From: an uncultured delta proteobacterium | GTDB lineage: Bacteria; Desulfobacterota; Zymogenia; Zymogenales; Zymogenaceae | NCBI GenBank assembly: GCA_963735595.1 | Contig: CAVTLK010000004.1 | Span: 192,001-256,000 of the forward strand | Reading direction: 5' to 3' | DNA: 64,000 nt | Shown here: positions 44,511 to 54,976 of the stretch, one piece after another | Layout of the letters: the number at the start of each line of letters is the position of its first letter | Position numbering within the stretch: position 1 is the first letter of the stretch | Program-made: the position numbers and the translations under genes | The notes under the pieces: model-generated | Told to the model about the DNA's origin: nothing | Database searches by the model: none | Seen by the model: the letters and a program-made list of their open reading frames with translations, nothing else

Positions 44511-45920
44511 ATGAATAACCATCCTGACCTGGACCGCATGCTTTCATGGGCGCGCGACCTCTATGACCTTGGAGGAAAGCGCCCCGGCAGCATCGCCGGC
44601 GCCCATGCCGAGAACTATCTCTTCGGTGTCATGAAGGGTTTCGGGATACCGGACGTGAGGCGAGAGCCGGTCGATTTCGTAAGCTGGCACGCCGACCAAA
44701 CCTACTGTACGGTCTCGTGTGGCGGCCGGTCGGCGAGTTTTTCCGCCGAGCCGATCACCTACACCGCCTTTACCGACCCGGCCGGCCTCGGTGCCCCGAT
44801 CGTCGATCTTGGGTCGGGATCTCCTGACGACATGGACAGGGTCGACGTCAAGGGGAAGATCGTCGTCGTCTCCTATTCCCACGGCTACATAGAGTATGAG
44901 CTGTTGCGGACGGTCGGGCACTACCTCCACGACCCCGGCGATACCCTTTCGGGCAAAGGCCAGGTGATGAGCTGGGTGACAGAGGAAGAACAGCGGGTCT
45001 ATCAGGCGGCGGTGGATCGGGGGGCGGCCGGCTTTATCGGCGTCTACCCCCTCGATATTACCCCGTACCTCTGTTTCGAGGGGGGAAACGCGTTCACGGG
45101 CACGGTCGGCCCTATCCCGGGCATCGGGCTGAGGAGCTCGGACGGCAAGCGATTGATATCCCTCTTGAAAAAAGGCGCGGCCGAAGGGACCCTCCTCCTC
45201 ACGGGAGAGACCCGAAGCGCCCGCATGCACAACATCGTGGGCATCATACCCGGCAAGAGCGACCGCGTGATTCAGGTTACCTCGCATCACGATTCCATGT
45301 GGCCGGGAGCCACCGAAGACGCGGCAGGGGTGGCGGTGGTGCTGGAGCTGGCGCGCCGGGCGGCCCGAAACTGGGCCGACCGTAAGCCGGAACTGACGCT
45401 CGCGTTTGTCCTCGAGGCGGCCGAGTGCCTGTTTGTCCTCGGCTCGCGGGCCCACATCGCGCGGCACCGGGACGGCCTCATCAAGAACCTCGTGGCCGAC
45501 CTCCACATCGAGCACCTGGCGTTGGAATACGTACAGGACGAGACGGGAGTGCTTGTTGCCACCGGCGAGATCCAGGCCAGGGCGCTGTTCGTTACGGATA
45601 CCGGGCCGCTTGTCGAGATCGCCCGTAAGGCGGTGATCGCCAATAACCTGAGACGAACGATCCTCATGCCGACCAACACGCCTCTCGGGGTGCCGACCGA
45701 CGCCTCGGCCTACAACCGGGCGGGCCTGCCGGTAATCAGCTTCATCTCACCGCCGCCCTACTGGAACGGGATTGAGGATACGTGGGAAAAGATCGCGGTC
45801 GACCAGCTGCTGCCTACCGCGGCGGCCTACGGGGAGATGATCGAGGCCATCATGGCCGCAGACCCCGATGCGATCAGGAAGGCCGGCCAGCCTGGTGACG
45901 GGTATATCTTGAAACGCTGA
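44511..45920 (+). CDS. M28-fold peptidase-like protein with PA domain
   Basis: PA insert (DVKGKIVV, AVDRGAAG); HNIVGIIPG, SHHDS, GATEDAAG and TDA. Confidence 0.8.
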   Translation: MNNHPDLDRMLSWARDLYDLGGKRPGSIAGAHAENYLFGVMKGFGIPDVRREPVDFVSWHADQTYCTVSCGGRSASFSAEPITYTAFTDPAGLGAPIVDLGSGSPDDMDRVDVKGKIVVVSYSHGYIEYELLRTVGHYLHDPGDTLSGKGQVMSWVTEEEQRVYQAAVDRGAAGFIGVYPLDITPYLCFEGGNAFTGTVGPIPGIGLRSSDGKRLISLLKKGAAEGTLLLTGETRSARMHNIVGIIPGKSDRVIQVTSHHDSMWPGATEDAAGVAVVLELARRAARNWADRKPELTLAFVLEAAECLFVLGSRAHIARHRDGLIKNLVADLHIEHLALEYVQDETGVLVATGEIQARALFVTDTGPLVEIARKAVIANNLRRTILMPTNTPLGVPTDASAYNRAGLPVISFISPPPYWNGIEDTWEKIAVDQLLPTAAAYGEMIEAIMAADPDAIRKAGQPGDGYILKR

Positions 45921-45989
45921 CGTGCGGCCTGAAACGATGACGGACGGCCTGAAACGATGACGCACGGCCTGAAACGGTGACGCACGAGG
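45910..45989 (+). repeat. 20-bp tandem repeat, 4 imperfect copies
   Basis: Consensus TGAAACGATGACGCACGGCC at 45910, 45930, 45950 and 45970. Confidence 0.9.
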
Positions 45990-46093
45990 CTGTCCGTAAA
46001 CAGGGCAACGTCAGAGATGCCGCCGGGGGCGGCCGGTCCGAGCGACCTTTTCTCGTTTACCACCATGCTACCACCATGCGGAGGGATAGGTAT

Positions 46094-47533
46094 ATGGTCC
46101 TGTCGTATGATATCGTCGTTATCATCCTCTATTTCAGCGTTCTGCTGCTGATCGGCTACGCGACAAGTAAGCGGATCAAGGGAACCGAGGACTATACGAT
46201 CGCGGGGCGCAACCTTGGCTATCCGGCGCTCCTCGGCGCCCTGATCGGGACCGCAATCGGCGCGGCCTCAACCATCGGCAAGGCCGGGAAGGCCTACGAG
46301 GTCGGTATCGCGCTCTTCTTTGCGACCCTGGCCTACGGGATCGGGCTCTTTATTTTCGGCTTTATCGCGCCGATAATCAGAAAGATGGAAATCTGGACGA
46401 TCCCTGACGCACTGGTGCTGCGCTACGGGAGCGCCATGCGGATTATCGTCGCTTTCGTCATGATCTTTGCGGTCGTGGCGATCTTCGGCGGCCAGCTCAT
46501 CGCTACGGGACTGGCGGTCCAGGCGATCTTCGGCAATTTGGGGATCACCTATACCGAAGGGATCCTCTTCGCCGGTATCATCATGATCGCCTATACGATC
46601 ATGGGGGGGCTGCTGGCGGTGGCCTATACCGACCTCTTCCAGACGATCATCATGATCATCGGCGTGGCGATACTGCTGCCTCTATTCGTGACCCATGAAG
46701 TTGGGGGGACGGCAAAGGCGTGGGAGATACTCCAGCCGGTCCCGGGCAACTTCTGGGGGGGGCTGACGATTCCCTTTATCATCTCGATCTTCCTGATCGA
46801 TATCCCCTTCTGCCTGATCGACCCCTCGTTGTGGCAGCGGGCCTCGGCGGCGCGGGATCAGTCACGGATCAAGAAGAGCATGTTCATCACCAGCGGGATT
46901 TATATTTTTTGGAGTTTCATAGCGGTCTTTTTAGGGGTGATGGCGGCCTATCTCTTCCCCGGCCTCGCGGAAAGCGCCGGCGGCACCGATTCGGCCATAC
47001 CCGCCGAGATCATGGCCTTCATACCGGTGGGCCTGAAGGGATTTCTCCTGGCGGCGCTTATGGCGGTCATGATGTCAACGGCCTCCACCGCCCTGCTTAT
47101 ATCGGGCACGACGTTCGCCCACGACATCGTGCGGGCCTATCGGCCGTCGCTTCCGGATAAAAAGCTGCTCATGATCGCCCGCGGCTTTATCCTTGTTATC
47201 GGTATCCTCGGCGTGATATTCGCCCTCAACATGAAGGGGATCTTCGAGATCCTGCTCCTGGCCTTTGCTATATTCGTCTCGGGGATATTCGTTCCGACAA
47301 TGGCGGCCATCTTTTGGAAGAAGGCGACCACGAAGGGAGCGATCGTGTCGTCGATAGCGGCCTCGGTCGTGGTGGTTGCCCTGTACGGCCTTAAGCTCTC
47401 GGGCAGTCTCCCGACCTGGATCGAGCCGATCATCGCCAGTATCGTGGTGAGCTTCGTCCTGATGGTTGGAGTGAGCGTTTTTACCTACGACCCGAAGACG
47501 GCGACGCCACGGTTCCTGGACAGGGTGAAATAG
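46094..47533 (+). CDS. Sodium:solute symporter family protein
   Basis: Motifs DYTIAGRNL, GGLLAVAYTD, WQRASAA and AALMAVMMST; multi-pass membrane protein. Confidence 0.93.
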   Translation: MVLSYDIVVIILYFSVLLLIGYATSKRIKGTEDYTIAGRNLGYPALLGALIGTAIGAASTIGKAGKAYEVGIALFFATLAYGIGLFIFGFIAPIIRKMEIWTIPDALVLRYGSAMRIIVAFVMIFAVVAIFGGQLIATGLAVQAIFGNLGITYTEGILFAGIIMIAYTIMGGLLAVAYTDLFQTIIMIIGVAILLPLFVTHEVGGTAKAWEILQPVPGNFWGGLTIPFIISIFLIDIPFCLIDPSLWQRASAARDQSRIKKSMFITSGIYIFWSFIAVFLGVMAAYLFPGLAESAGGTDSAIPAEIMAFIPVGLKGFLLAALMAVMMSTASTALLISGTTFAHDIVRAYRPSLPDKKLLMIARGFILVIGILGVIFALNMKGIFEILLLAFAIFVSGIFVPTMAAIFWKKATTKGAIVSSIAASVVVVALYGLKLSGSLPTWIEPIIASIVVSFVLMVGVSVFTYDPKTATPRFLDRVK

Positions 47534-47705
47534 CGGCGTAACGGGCCGTGCCGTCTCGAGCAGGCCGTTGGGGACTCCGGCCGTGACGCAAAAAAACGGC
47601 GAAGTGAACGCCGCCGTGTATTGGAAGGGGATACGATCCCTCGTTGACTACCCGCAGTAGCAAATCCGGCGGATGGTAAATTCGGTATCGTTTCTCCTTA
47701 GCTGT

Positions 47706-47969
47706 TTAACCCTTAAACGTAAACTCGATCTCTTTCTCCATCTCGTCGATGAATTCAAGGGTCGCCTTGAAATATTCGAGGGTGCCGGGCTCGGCTCCCT
47801 TGACGGCTTCGAGCTTCTTAATCTCTTCCTCTTCCTTAACCTCGGGGCTGGTGAGGTGGATATAAATCCTATCCCTCAGCGCCGAATCGTCGCACTGTAT
47901 CGAGAGAGCACCTTCCGCAAACGATATCTCTCCGATCTTGGCGCCGTTTTTGATAATCTCGGCCTTCAT
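47706..47969 (-). CDS. Hypothetical protein
   Basis: GGAGG RBS; 87 aa acidic ORF with host-like codon usage. Confidence 0.65.
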   Translation of the reverse strand: MKAEIIKNGAKIGEISFAEGALSIQCDDSALRDRIYIHLTSPEVKEEEEIKKLEAVKGAEPGTLEYFKATLEFIDEMEKEIEFTFKG

Positions 47970-48124
47970 GGCATCCGGCCTCCCCGGCCGTTATAGGGTC
48001 GCCCCTCTGATTATACCTTTCACGCACACTAACTATATCACGGTCGATACGGCCAATACAAGCGGAATCGCTACCGATTTTCCCGCCGTTCAAGACGCGT
48101 TTTCCTGGGGAAATCCCGGGACTA

Positions 48125-48457
48125 TTACAGGAACCGTACCGAGCAGTAGGTTTCCTTCTTTTCGATCATCCCGATGATGGCGCGCCTCGTGTCCCAGTCG
48201 TCTTCCACGGGCGTCACCTCCGAGACCGGCAGGCCGGAGTCGTCCGTGCGGTATTTATACCGAACGAGCCAGCCCGGCACAACCGCGAACCTCCCCCCGC
48301 CCATGCCACAGCACGAGGTGTCTACCACCGCGTGTCCCAGTATATAGAGGACTTCCCGGCCGTCCAGGGTAATCCGCTCGTCTTTTTCGGATACGTAGTG
48401 ACCGCCGATGGCGGTTACCTCTTCATTGAGGGCCGGATGAACGTAGTCTTTTGTCAT
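48125..48457 (-). CDS. Hypothetical protein (DTSCCG motif)
   Basis: GGAG RBS; intact 110 aa ORF. Confidence 0.7.
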   Translation of the reverse strand: MTKDYVHPALNEEVTAIGGHYVSEKDERITLDGREVLYILGHAVVDTSCCGMGGGRFAVVPGWLVRYKYRTDDSGLPVSEVTPVEDDWDTRRAIIGMIEKKETYCSVRFL

Positions 48458-48709
48458 GGTCAGTCGCTCCCGTTCCGACAGGCATTATGAAAAAGAACTC
48501 CTATACTATAAAAATAGCAGCGGCCGGGCGATTTGTCAAGACGCGGTCGCTGTTCGGGATGGGCCGCCCGTACGATATAGCCCGATCAGCCGATTTGTAC
48601 CTATAACGCGGCGACAATATTAATAACTTATAAGTTGACAGATAAACTATACTCTAATAAAGTGTGGATAGTTAAACTTTATGAAAATCATGATGTGAGG
48701 TGCAAGGGC

Positions 48710-50219
48710 ATGAATGTACGGGAATATCTCGCGCGGGCGGCGTCGGAATCCGGCGATAAGACCGCTCTTGTTTTTGAACAGACACGGTTAACCTTTTCGG
48801 ATCTCCTGCGCCGGGCCGATGCGCTGGCGGCCTTTTTCGCGGATCGGGGTGTTCAGAAGGGCACAAAGATCGTCTGTTACCTCCCCAATATCCCCGAGTT
48901 CGTCGACGTGTACCTGGCGGTCCTTTCGCTGGGGGCTATCCTGGCGCCGGTCGACTTTCGTCTCAAGCCCGAGGAGGTGGCCGAGATCGTCACGGACTGC
49001 CGGCCGTTGTTCGTCGTCTCCACGACCGCGATGGGCGGCGGGCTCAAAAAGGACGATTTTGTTAAAGACATCATCTATACCGATGGAACGTCGCTCGTCG
49101 AGCACGCGGACTATCAGGCGATCATCTCAGAGACGGGGAAAACGCCCCCCCGGGTGACGATCGACGATGAGGACGAGGCGCTGTTCCTCTATACCTCCGG
49201 CAGCACCGGAAGGCCCAAGGGGGTGATCCTCATGGCCCGCCAGCTTGACCTCTTCCCGACCCAGATGCGCGACACCTTCCCGGAAATCTTCGGTCCGGAC
49301 ATACCGTTCGGGGTGATCCTGCCGATGTCGCACATCTCGGGGCCGATCCTGATCAATATGCTGCTCTATGTACGGAGCACGCTGGTCATATTTCCCGGGT
49401 GGCGGCCCGACGTCGTCTGGAAGACGGTGGAAAAGGAGCGGGTCGCCTTCTTTCACGGGGTGCCCCCGATCTTTCAGATGCTGCTGGCCGATCCGAACCT
49501 CGGCTCGTACGACCTGTCGTGCCTCAGGCTCATGGCGATGATGGGAATGAGCGTCCCCAAGACGCTCCTGGAGACCTACCAGGAGAGGTTCCCGCAGGCG
49601 GCGATAACCCAGGGCTTCGGGCTGACCGAGACATCCCCGATCCTCACGTTTCTGGCCGGCCGGGATTCGAAGCGCAAGCTCGGCTCGGTGGGACTTCCGG
49701 TAAAAGACGCCGAGATCAAGATCGTCGACGAAAACGGGAAGGAACTGCCGCGGGACACGGCGGGCGATATCATCGCCCGCGGCCCGATGATCATGAAGGG
49801 CTACTACAACCAGCCCGAGGAGACGGCCCGCGTAATCAGGGACGGGTGGTTCCGGACGGGAGACCTGGGCGTGTTCGACGATGAGGGGTACCTCTACCAC
49901 ATGGGGCGCAGCAAGGACATCATCATCACGGGGGGTCTTAACGTATTCCCGGCGGAGGTGGAAAACGTACTGCTGCGCCACGCGGACGTCATGGAGGCCG
50001 CCGTGGTCGGGGCCGCCGACGAAAAGCGGGGCGAAGTGCTCGATGGCCTTTGTCGTCCAGCGGGACGGGGTTCCCCTGAATGAGAAGGAGCTGCTCAAGC
50101 ACTGCCGGGAACGCCTGGCGGACTTCAAGGTGCCCAAGCGGATCATGGCCATCGACAAGATCCCGCTGCTTTCCAACGGCAAGGTGGACAAGGTCACGCT
50201 GAGACAGATGGGCTCATAG
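48710..50219 (+). CDS. AMP-forming acyl-CoA ligase (indel near 50042)
   Basis: Motifs YTSGSTGRPKG, QGFGLTE, FRTGDLG, GRSKDIII and PLLSNGK. Confidence 0.92.
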
Positions 50220-50241
50220 TCCGGTTCAAACCCATACGTCC

Positions 50242-50269
50242 GGGGGGAGGTATATACCTCCCCCCTTTT
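50242..50269 (+). terminator. Rho-independent terminator
   Basis: GGGGGGAGGT-ATAT-ACCTCCCCCC followed by TTTT. Confidence 0.75.
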
Positions 50270-50438
50270 CTTCCGCGCGAAGAAGGTCCGATCTTTCCAC
50301 CAACATATCATATACGAAAAATCGTCCTTTCCAAACCGTCGGTTTCACTATATAATGAGATACTTTTCACGGCGGCGGGTCGGCCTGAAAGCGTCGGCAT
50401 AGTGCTTTATATTCGGTATCTTTCTTTTCTCAGCTATC

Positions 50439-52205
50439 ATGGCAAAAGAACGGATACATAAACAGATCAGCCTGAAGGGAATCGGTGTTTCCCCCGGCAT
50501 AGCCATGGGAACCGCGGAGCTCTACCATAACGAGCTTGAGGGCATCACCGTCTACCCCATCGGGAAGGAGGCGGTCGCCGGTGAGCTCGGGCGCTACGGC
50601 GATGCGCTCGACAGGGTTGCGGACCACCTGGCCGAATCTGCCAGGATCGTTACGGAGAAGATCGGGGCGACCGAGGCGGGGATCTTCGATGTCCAGATCG
50701 CGCTGCTGACCGGCACCCTCTTTAAAAAGACGATCCCGGCGGCAATCCGAAGGGATCTCATCAACGTTGAGGCGGTCCTCCAGAAAAGCCTCAGCGATTT
50801 CAGCACCCCTCCCTCAGGGCCGCACGCCGAGGAGATGAGAAAGAGGCAGCAGGACATCAAAGACCTTCACCGGCAGATCATACACCTCCTAGTGAAGAAA
50901 AACCCCCAGTGCATCATCCTTTACGACACCGTTATCCTGACGGCCCGGGAATTCCTCCCCTCCGACATGACCCTGTTTCCGCCGGGACAGGTCCTGGGGC
51001 TCATCGCCGAGATGGGGGGCACGAACTCCCACACCGCCATCATGGCGCGCTCCTCCGGGATTCCGGCCGTCATGGGGGTCGAGAAGGCGTCTTCCTTTAT
51101 CACGAACGGTGATTTCATCATCGTCGACGGCTCAACCGGGGACGTCGTGGTCAATCCCGATTCCGAGCAGCAGGAGCACTATAACGAAAAGGTCAGCAGG
51201 GAGCGGGAGATCCAGGATCGAATGGAGACGCTCATTGACCTCCCGTCGGAGACCGCCGATCACCAGCCGGTGACGCTCATGGCCAATATCAGCCGGTTTG
51301 AGGACGTCAGCCAGGCCAGGCGCAACGGCGCCGTGGGGATCGGGCTGTTCCGAACGGAGATACCGTTCTTGATGGGCGAGCACTTCATCTCCGAAGAAGA
51401 GCAGTATCTCCTCTACCGAAAGGTGATCACCGGGATGGGGGAACACCCCGTAACCATCAGGACGCTGGACCTCGGGGGAGATAAGGTCCTCACGCAGGAT
51501 ATCTTCAACCGGGAGGCCAATCCCTTTTTGGGGCTCAGGTCCATCCGTTTCTCGCTGCGTTATCGCGAAATCTTCATCACCCAGCTCAAAGCCATCCTGC
51601 GGGCGTCGGCGTTCGGGCGGGTGAAGATCCTCTTTCCAATGGTGACGGCGATTGACGAACTGGCGACGATCACCGAGATATACGGAAACGTTCGGGAGCA
51701 GGTAGCCCGGCAGGGAGTCAAGCCCCTCGTCGAGCCGCTTTTGGGCGTCATGATAGAGGTCCCGTCGTCGGCCCTCATGGCCGAGAGCTTCCTGGACAGG
51801 GTCGATTTTGCCAGCATCGGCACCAACGACCTGATCCAGTACACGCTGGCGGTCGACCGGGGCAACCGGCTGGTGTCGGAGCTCTACAGCCCCTATAACC
51901 CGGCCGTCCTCAAGCTTATCGAGATGACGGCCAAGGCCGGGAGGACGACGGGAAAAGAGGTGAGCGTCTGCGGAGAGATGGCCTCCGACCCGGTCTCGGC
52001 CATCCTGCTGCTCGGCATGGGGATAACCGTCCTTTCGATGGAGCCCCGGCACCTGCTTTCGATCAAGGATATTATCATATCGGTACGCAAAGACGCTGCG
52101 GCCCGTGCCGCCCGGCAAGCCCTCTCGATGAAGACGGCCCGGGAGGTGCGGGAGTTCATCGTCGAGCGGTTTGCGCTGTTTCGCGAAACGGCGCCGCCGG
52201 TATAG
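50439..52205 (+). CDS. ptsI: Phosphoenolpyruvate-protein phosphotransferase (PTS enzyme I, no GAF domain)
   Basis: Motifs SHTAIMAR (phospho-His), GIGLFRTE, RTLDLGGDK, EANPFLGLR, IGTNDLIQY and CGE. Confidence 0.93.
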   Translation: MAKERIHKQISLKGIGVSPGIAMGTAELYHNELEGITVYPIGKEAVAGELGRYGDALDRVADHLAESARIVTEKIGATEAGIFDVQIALLTGTLFKKTIPAAIRRDLINVEAVLQKSLSDFSTPPSGPHAEEMRKRQQDIKDLHRQIIHLLVKKNPQCIILYDTVILTAREFLPSDMTLFPPGQVLGLIAEMGGTNSHTAIMARSSGIPAVMGVEKASSFITNGDFIIVDGSTGDVVVNPDSEQQEHYNEKVSREREIQDRMETLIDLPSETADHQPVTLMANISRFEDVSQARRNGAVGIGLFRTEIPFLMGEHFISEEEQYLLYRKVITGMGEHPVTIRTLDLGGDKVLTQDIFNREANPFLGLRSIRFSLRYREIFITQLKAILRASAFGRVKILFPMVTAIDELATITEIYGNVREQVARQGVKPLVEPLLGVMIEVPSSALMAESFLDRVDFASIGTNDLIQYTLAVDRGNRLVSELYSPYNPAVLKLIEMTAKAGRTTGKEVSVCGEMASDPVSAILLLGMGITVLSMEPRHLLSIKDIIISVRKDAAARAARQALSMKTAREVREFIVERFALFRETAPPV

Positions 52206-52225
52206 GTGCCGACGGACGGAGACGG

Positions 52226-52260
52226 AAAAAAGGCCGCGGGAATCGATCCCCGCGGCCTTT
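52226..52260. terminator. Bidirectional terminator
   Basis: AAAAAAGGCCGCGGG-AATCGATC-CCCGCGGCCTTT between convergent genes. Confidence 0.75.
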
Positions 52261-52326
52261 GTCGTTCTGCTCCCTTTTATCAGCCGGACGTTAAAAAGCG
52301 TGTCGCGCGATCTTCGGCGGGCCCGA

Positions 52327-53631
52327 TCAGGACAAGAGCCCCGCCTCCGTAGCCTCTTTCTCTAACTGGTCGCGAAAATCGGGATGGGCGATCTTGAGCA
52401 TCTCTTTAACGCGCTTGGGTACGCTCTTAAGCCAGAGGTCGGCCACGCCCCATTCGGTGACGATGTAGCGCACGTCGGAGCGGGGAGTCGTGACGATCGT
52501 CCCCGGTTTGAAGGCCGATACGATCTTGGAGATCCTCCCCGTCTTGGTGTCGGCGGTTGATGCCGTGGCGAGAAAGGCCATTCCCCCCCTGGATGCGTTG
52601 GCGCCCCGGGTAAAATCAAGCTGGCCGCCGGTGCCGCTGTACATGGCGTGCCCGATCGATTCGGAGGCGCACTGCCCGGTGAGGTCGGCGGTCATGATGT
52701 TGTTGATGGCCACCATCGTGTCGTTCCGGGAGATGTTAAAGACGTTGTTAACGTCGTAGATCGGCTGGAATTCGAAGGCCGGGTTGTCGTTTATGAAGTC
52801 GTAGAGCTCTTTGTTCCCGATCGCAAAGCCGCAGACGATTTTATCGGGGTGGAAGGTTTTTTTAAGGCCAGTAACGACCCCCTTCTGTGCCAGTCGCATC
52901 AGGCCGTTGGTGAACATCTCGGTATGAACGCCGAGGTCCTTCTTATTGTCCAGGAGGCTCACCACCGCGTCGGAGACAGCCCCGATCCCGCACTGGATAG
53001 TGGCTCCGTCCGGGATCCGTTCGGCGATGTTGGCGGCGATCTTGCGCTCCACGTCGGATATGGGTATCTCCGGGATCAACGGCAGCGGGTGATCGTTTTC
53101 GATAATATAGCTGACCTTGCTCACGTGGATGACCGACTGGCTTCCGTGGACGCGGGGCGTCTCCTTGTTGACCTGGACGATGATGGTTTTTGCCCGCTTG
53201 CAGCAGATGTCGTTGTTATAGACCCCCACCGGCCCGAAGCTCATGTAGCCGCGCTCGTCCGGCCGCGAGACCTCGCAAATGAAAACATTGGGATCTACGG
53301 CGACCGAAACCTGGTCGGCAAGGGAGAAGTGGTAGGACATCGGCTCCACGTTGCCGACCCGTAGAAATGCCCGCTCCATGGGGCCGACAAAGAGCGAAAC
53401 GAAGTTGATATGCCCCTTGAATTCGGCCTTGAACAGCTCGTAGGGATACATGGAAATGCCGGACGTCAGGGTCACGTCCTTGAGCTCGTCCTTTCTCTTG
53501 CACAGGGCGTTGACGACGTCGATCGGCTGGCTCGATCCGCCGGGCATGCCGACGCGATCGCCCGATTTGATGACGGAAACCGCCTTTTCGGCGCTCACGA
53601 GTTTCTTCTTGTAGTCTTCCTGCCAGTCCAT
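52327..53631 (-). CDS. Acetyl-CoA hydrolase/transferase (4-hydroxybutyrate CoA-transferase-like)
   Basis: Motifs GATIQCGIG, LGVHTEM (catalytic Glu), SGTGGQLDF, IVTEWGVA and IAHPDFR. Confidence 0.93.
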   Translation of the reverse strand: MDWQEDYKKKLVSAEKAVSVIKSGDRVGMPGGSSQPIDVVNALCKRKDELKDVTLTSGISMYPYELFKAEFKGHINFVSLFVGPMERAFLRVGNVEPMSYHFSLADQVSVAVDPNVFICEVSRPDERGYMSFGPVGVYNNDICCKRAKTIIVQVNKETPRVHGSQSVIHVSKVSYIIENDHPLPLIPEIPISDVERKIAANIAERIPDGATIQCGIGAVSDAVVSLLDNKKDLGVHTEMFTNGLMRLAQKGVVTGLKKTFHPDKIVCGFAIGNKELYDFINDNPAFEFQPIYDVNNVFNISRNDTMVAINNIMTADLTGQCASESIGHAMYSGTGGQLDFTRGANASRGGMAFLATASTADTKTGRISKIVSAFKPGTIVTTPRSDVRYIVTEWGVADLWLKSVPKRVKEMLKIAHPDFRDQLEKEATEAGLLS

Positions 53632-53762
53632 ATGTGTATCCTCCTGTGGGTGATGATGTGTAGCGGTTTGATTGACAATATAGTATACACGAGGGGGCGA
53701 GGGTTTACAAGCTAATTAGAAATCCCGCCATGGTGCGTTCCGGTTTGTAGGGGTAAATGAGA

Positions 53763-53785
53763 GGGGCGGCGCGGGCGCCGCCCCG
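53763..53785. repeat. 23-bp palindromic element, copy A
   Basis: GGGGCGGCGCGGGCGCCGCCCCG, identical to 54927-54949. Confidence 0.85.
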
Positions 53786-53813
53786 GAACTCAAACAGTCG
53801 TTCTTATTCGTGC

Positions 53814-54785
53814 CTATCTACCGGATCTTAACGGAAGATCCAGCATATTCCGGGCCTGGGAGACTGTAGCCACCTCCCGGTTCATTTCTTTTGCTATCCG
53901 GATGATCCGCTCCACAAGCTGTGCGTTCCTCTTGAGCTTTTCGCCCTTTCGGTAGTAGAGGTTGTCTTCCATGCCCACGCGGACGTGTCCGCCCAGCATT
54001 ATGGAAAAGACGTTCATCGGTATCTGGAAAGGCCCTACGCCGATGAGCGAGAACATCGAGCTGGGCGGCAGTTCGTTGATAAGCCCGAGGACGTTGGCCG
54101 GCGTCGGGAACGACGAGGTCTGGAATCCCATGACGTACTGGATCATATAGGGGGCGTCGATGTTCCTTTCGCGGATGAGGTCCTGGAGCACCCAGTACTG
54201 GCCGGGGTGGTAGAGCTCCACCTCCGGCTTGATCCCCTTTTCCTTCATCGTCCTGGCGTAGAGGTTGATGTCGGCATAGGAGCAGGGGATGCAGGCGTCG
54301 AACAGGAAGCCGGCCCGTGGGTGTTTCAGCGGCTCCCTACGGTCCTTGATCTGGGCCTTACCGACGAAGGGCCCGAGGTTGAGACTGGCCATGTCCGGTT
54401 TCGGATCGGCGTAGAGGCAGCACATGCGCTCCTCGGTCGAGAGCCAGGGGCCGCCGCCGGTGGTGTTGTTGATGATGACATCGGGACAGCGTTCGCGGAT
54501 GAGCCTGTTTATACGCGAATAGTCCTCGGGATTTTTTGTAGTCATAGCCAGGTTGTTCGGGTCGCGGGCGTGCAAGTGCACGGAGACGGCGCCGGCCTTA
54601 TAGGCCTCGTAGACCTGGTCGGCCTGTTCCTCGGCGGTCTCGGGGAGATTCTCGTTGGATTCTTTGCCCTGTATGCCGCCGGTAACGGCGCAGGTTATTA
54701 TCATCGGCGGGAACGCGCTGCGCATCACCCGATCCATCCAGAGGTAGGGATTGCGATACTCCCACATATACTCTTCCGGTTTCAT
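53814..54785 (-). CDS. Beta-keto acid cleavage enzyme (BKACE/Kce, DUF849)
   Basis: Motifs IITCAVTG, LPETAEE, VHLHARD, NTTGG, PDMASLN, KPEVE and HVRVGMEDN. Confidence 0.93.
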   Translation of the reverse strand: MKPEEYMWEYRNPYLWMDRVMRSAFPPMIITCAVTGGIQGKESNENLPETAEEQADQVYEAYKAGAVSVHLHARDPNNLAMTTKNPEDYSRINRLIRERCPDVIINNTTGGGPWLSTEERMCCLYADPKPDMASLNLGPFVGKAQIKDRREPLKHPRAGFLFDACIPCSYADINLYARTMKEKGIKPEVELYHPGQYWVLQDLIRERNIDAPYMIQYVMGFQTSSFPTPANVLGLINELPPSSMFSLIGVGPFQIPMNVFSIMLGGHVRVGMEDNLYYRKGEKLKRNAQLVERIIRIAKEMNREVATVSQARNMLDLPLRSGR

Positions 54786-54926
54786 ATGAACCTCCATGGA
54801 ATAATAAAAAGCCACTATACCGGGATATGAACGGTCGATAACCGTCCAGGTCCGACGCGGGAGCTCTCGCTCCCGCCAGTGTCCTGTTGACTCATTAGTG
54901 TACGGGCGTGCGCGGGTCGATCCGAC

Positions 54927-54949
54927 GGGGCGGCGCGGGCGCCGCCCCG
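54927..54949. repeat. 23-bp palindromic element, copy B
   Basis: Identical to 53763-53785. Confidence 0.85.
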
Positions 54950-54976
54950 AATCCCGCTGGTTCTCTTAGCGGCGGC

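Noticed and set aside
45910..45989. CRISPR array (repeats contain GAAAC)
   Set aside because: The 20-bp units are directly adjacent with no unique spacers, and there are no cas genes in the window.
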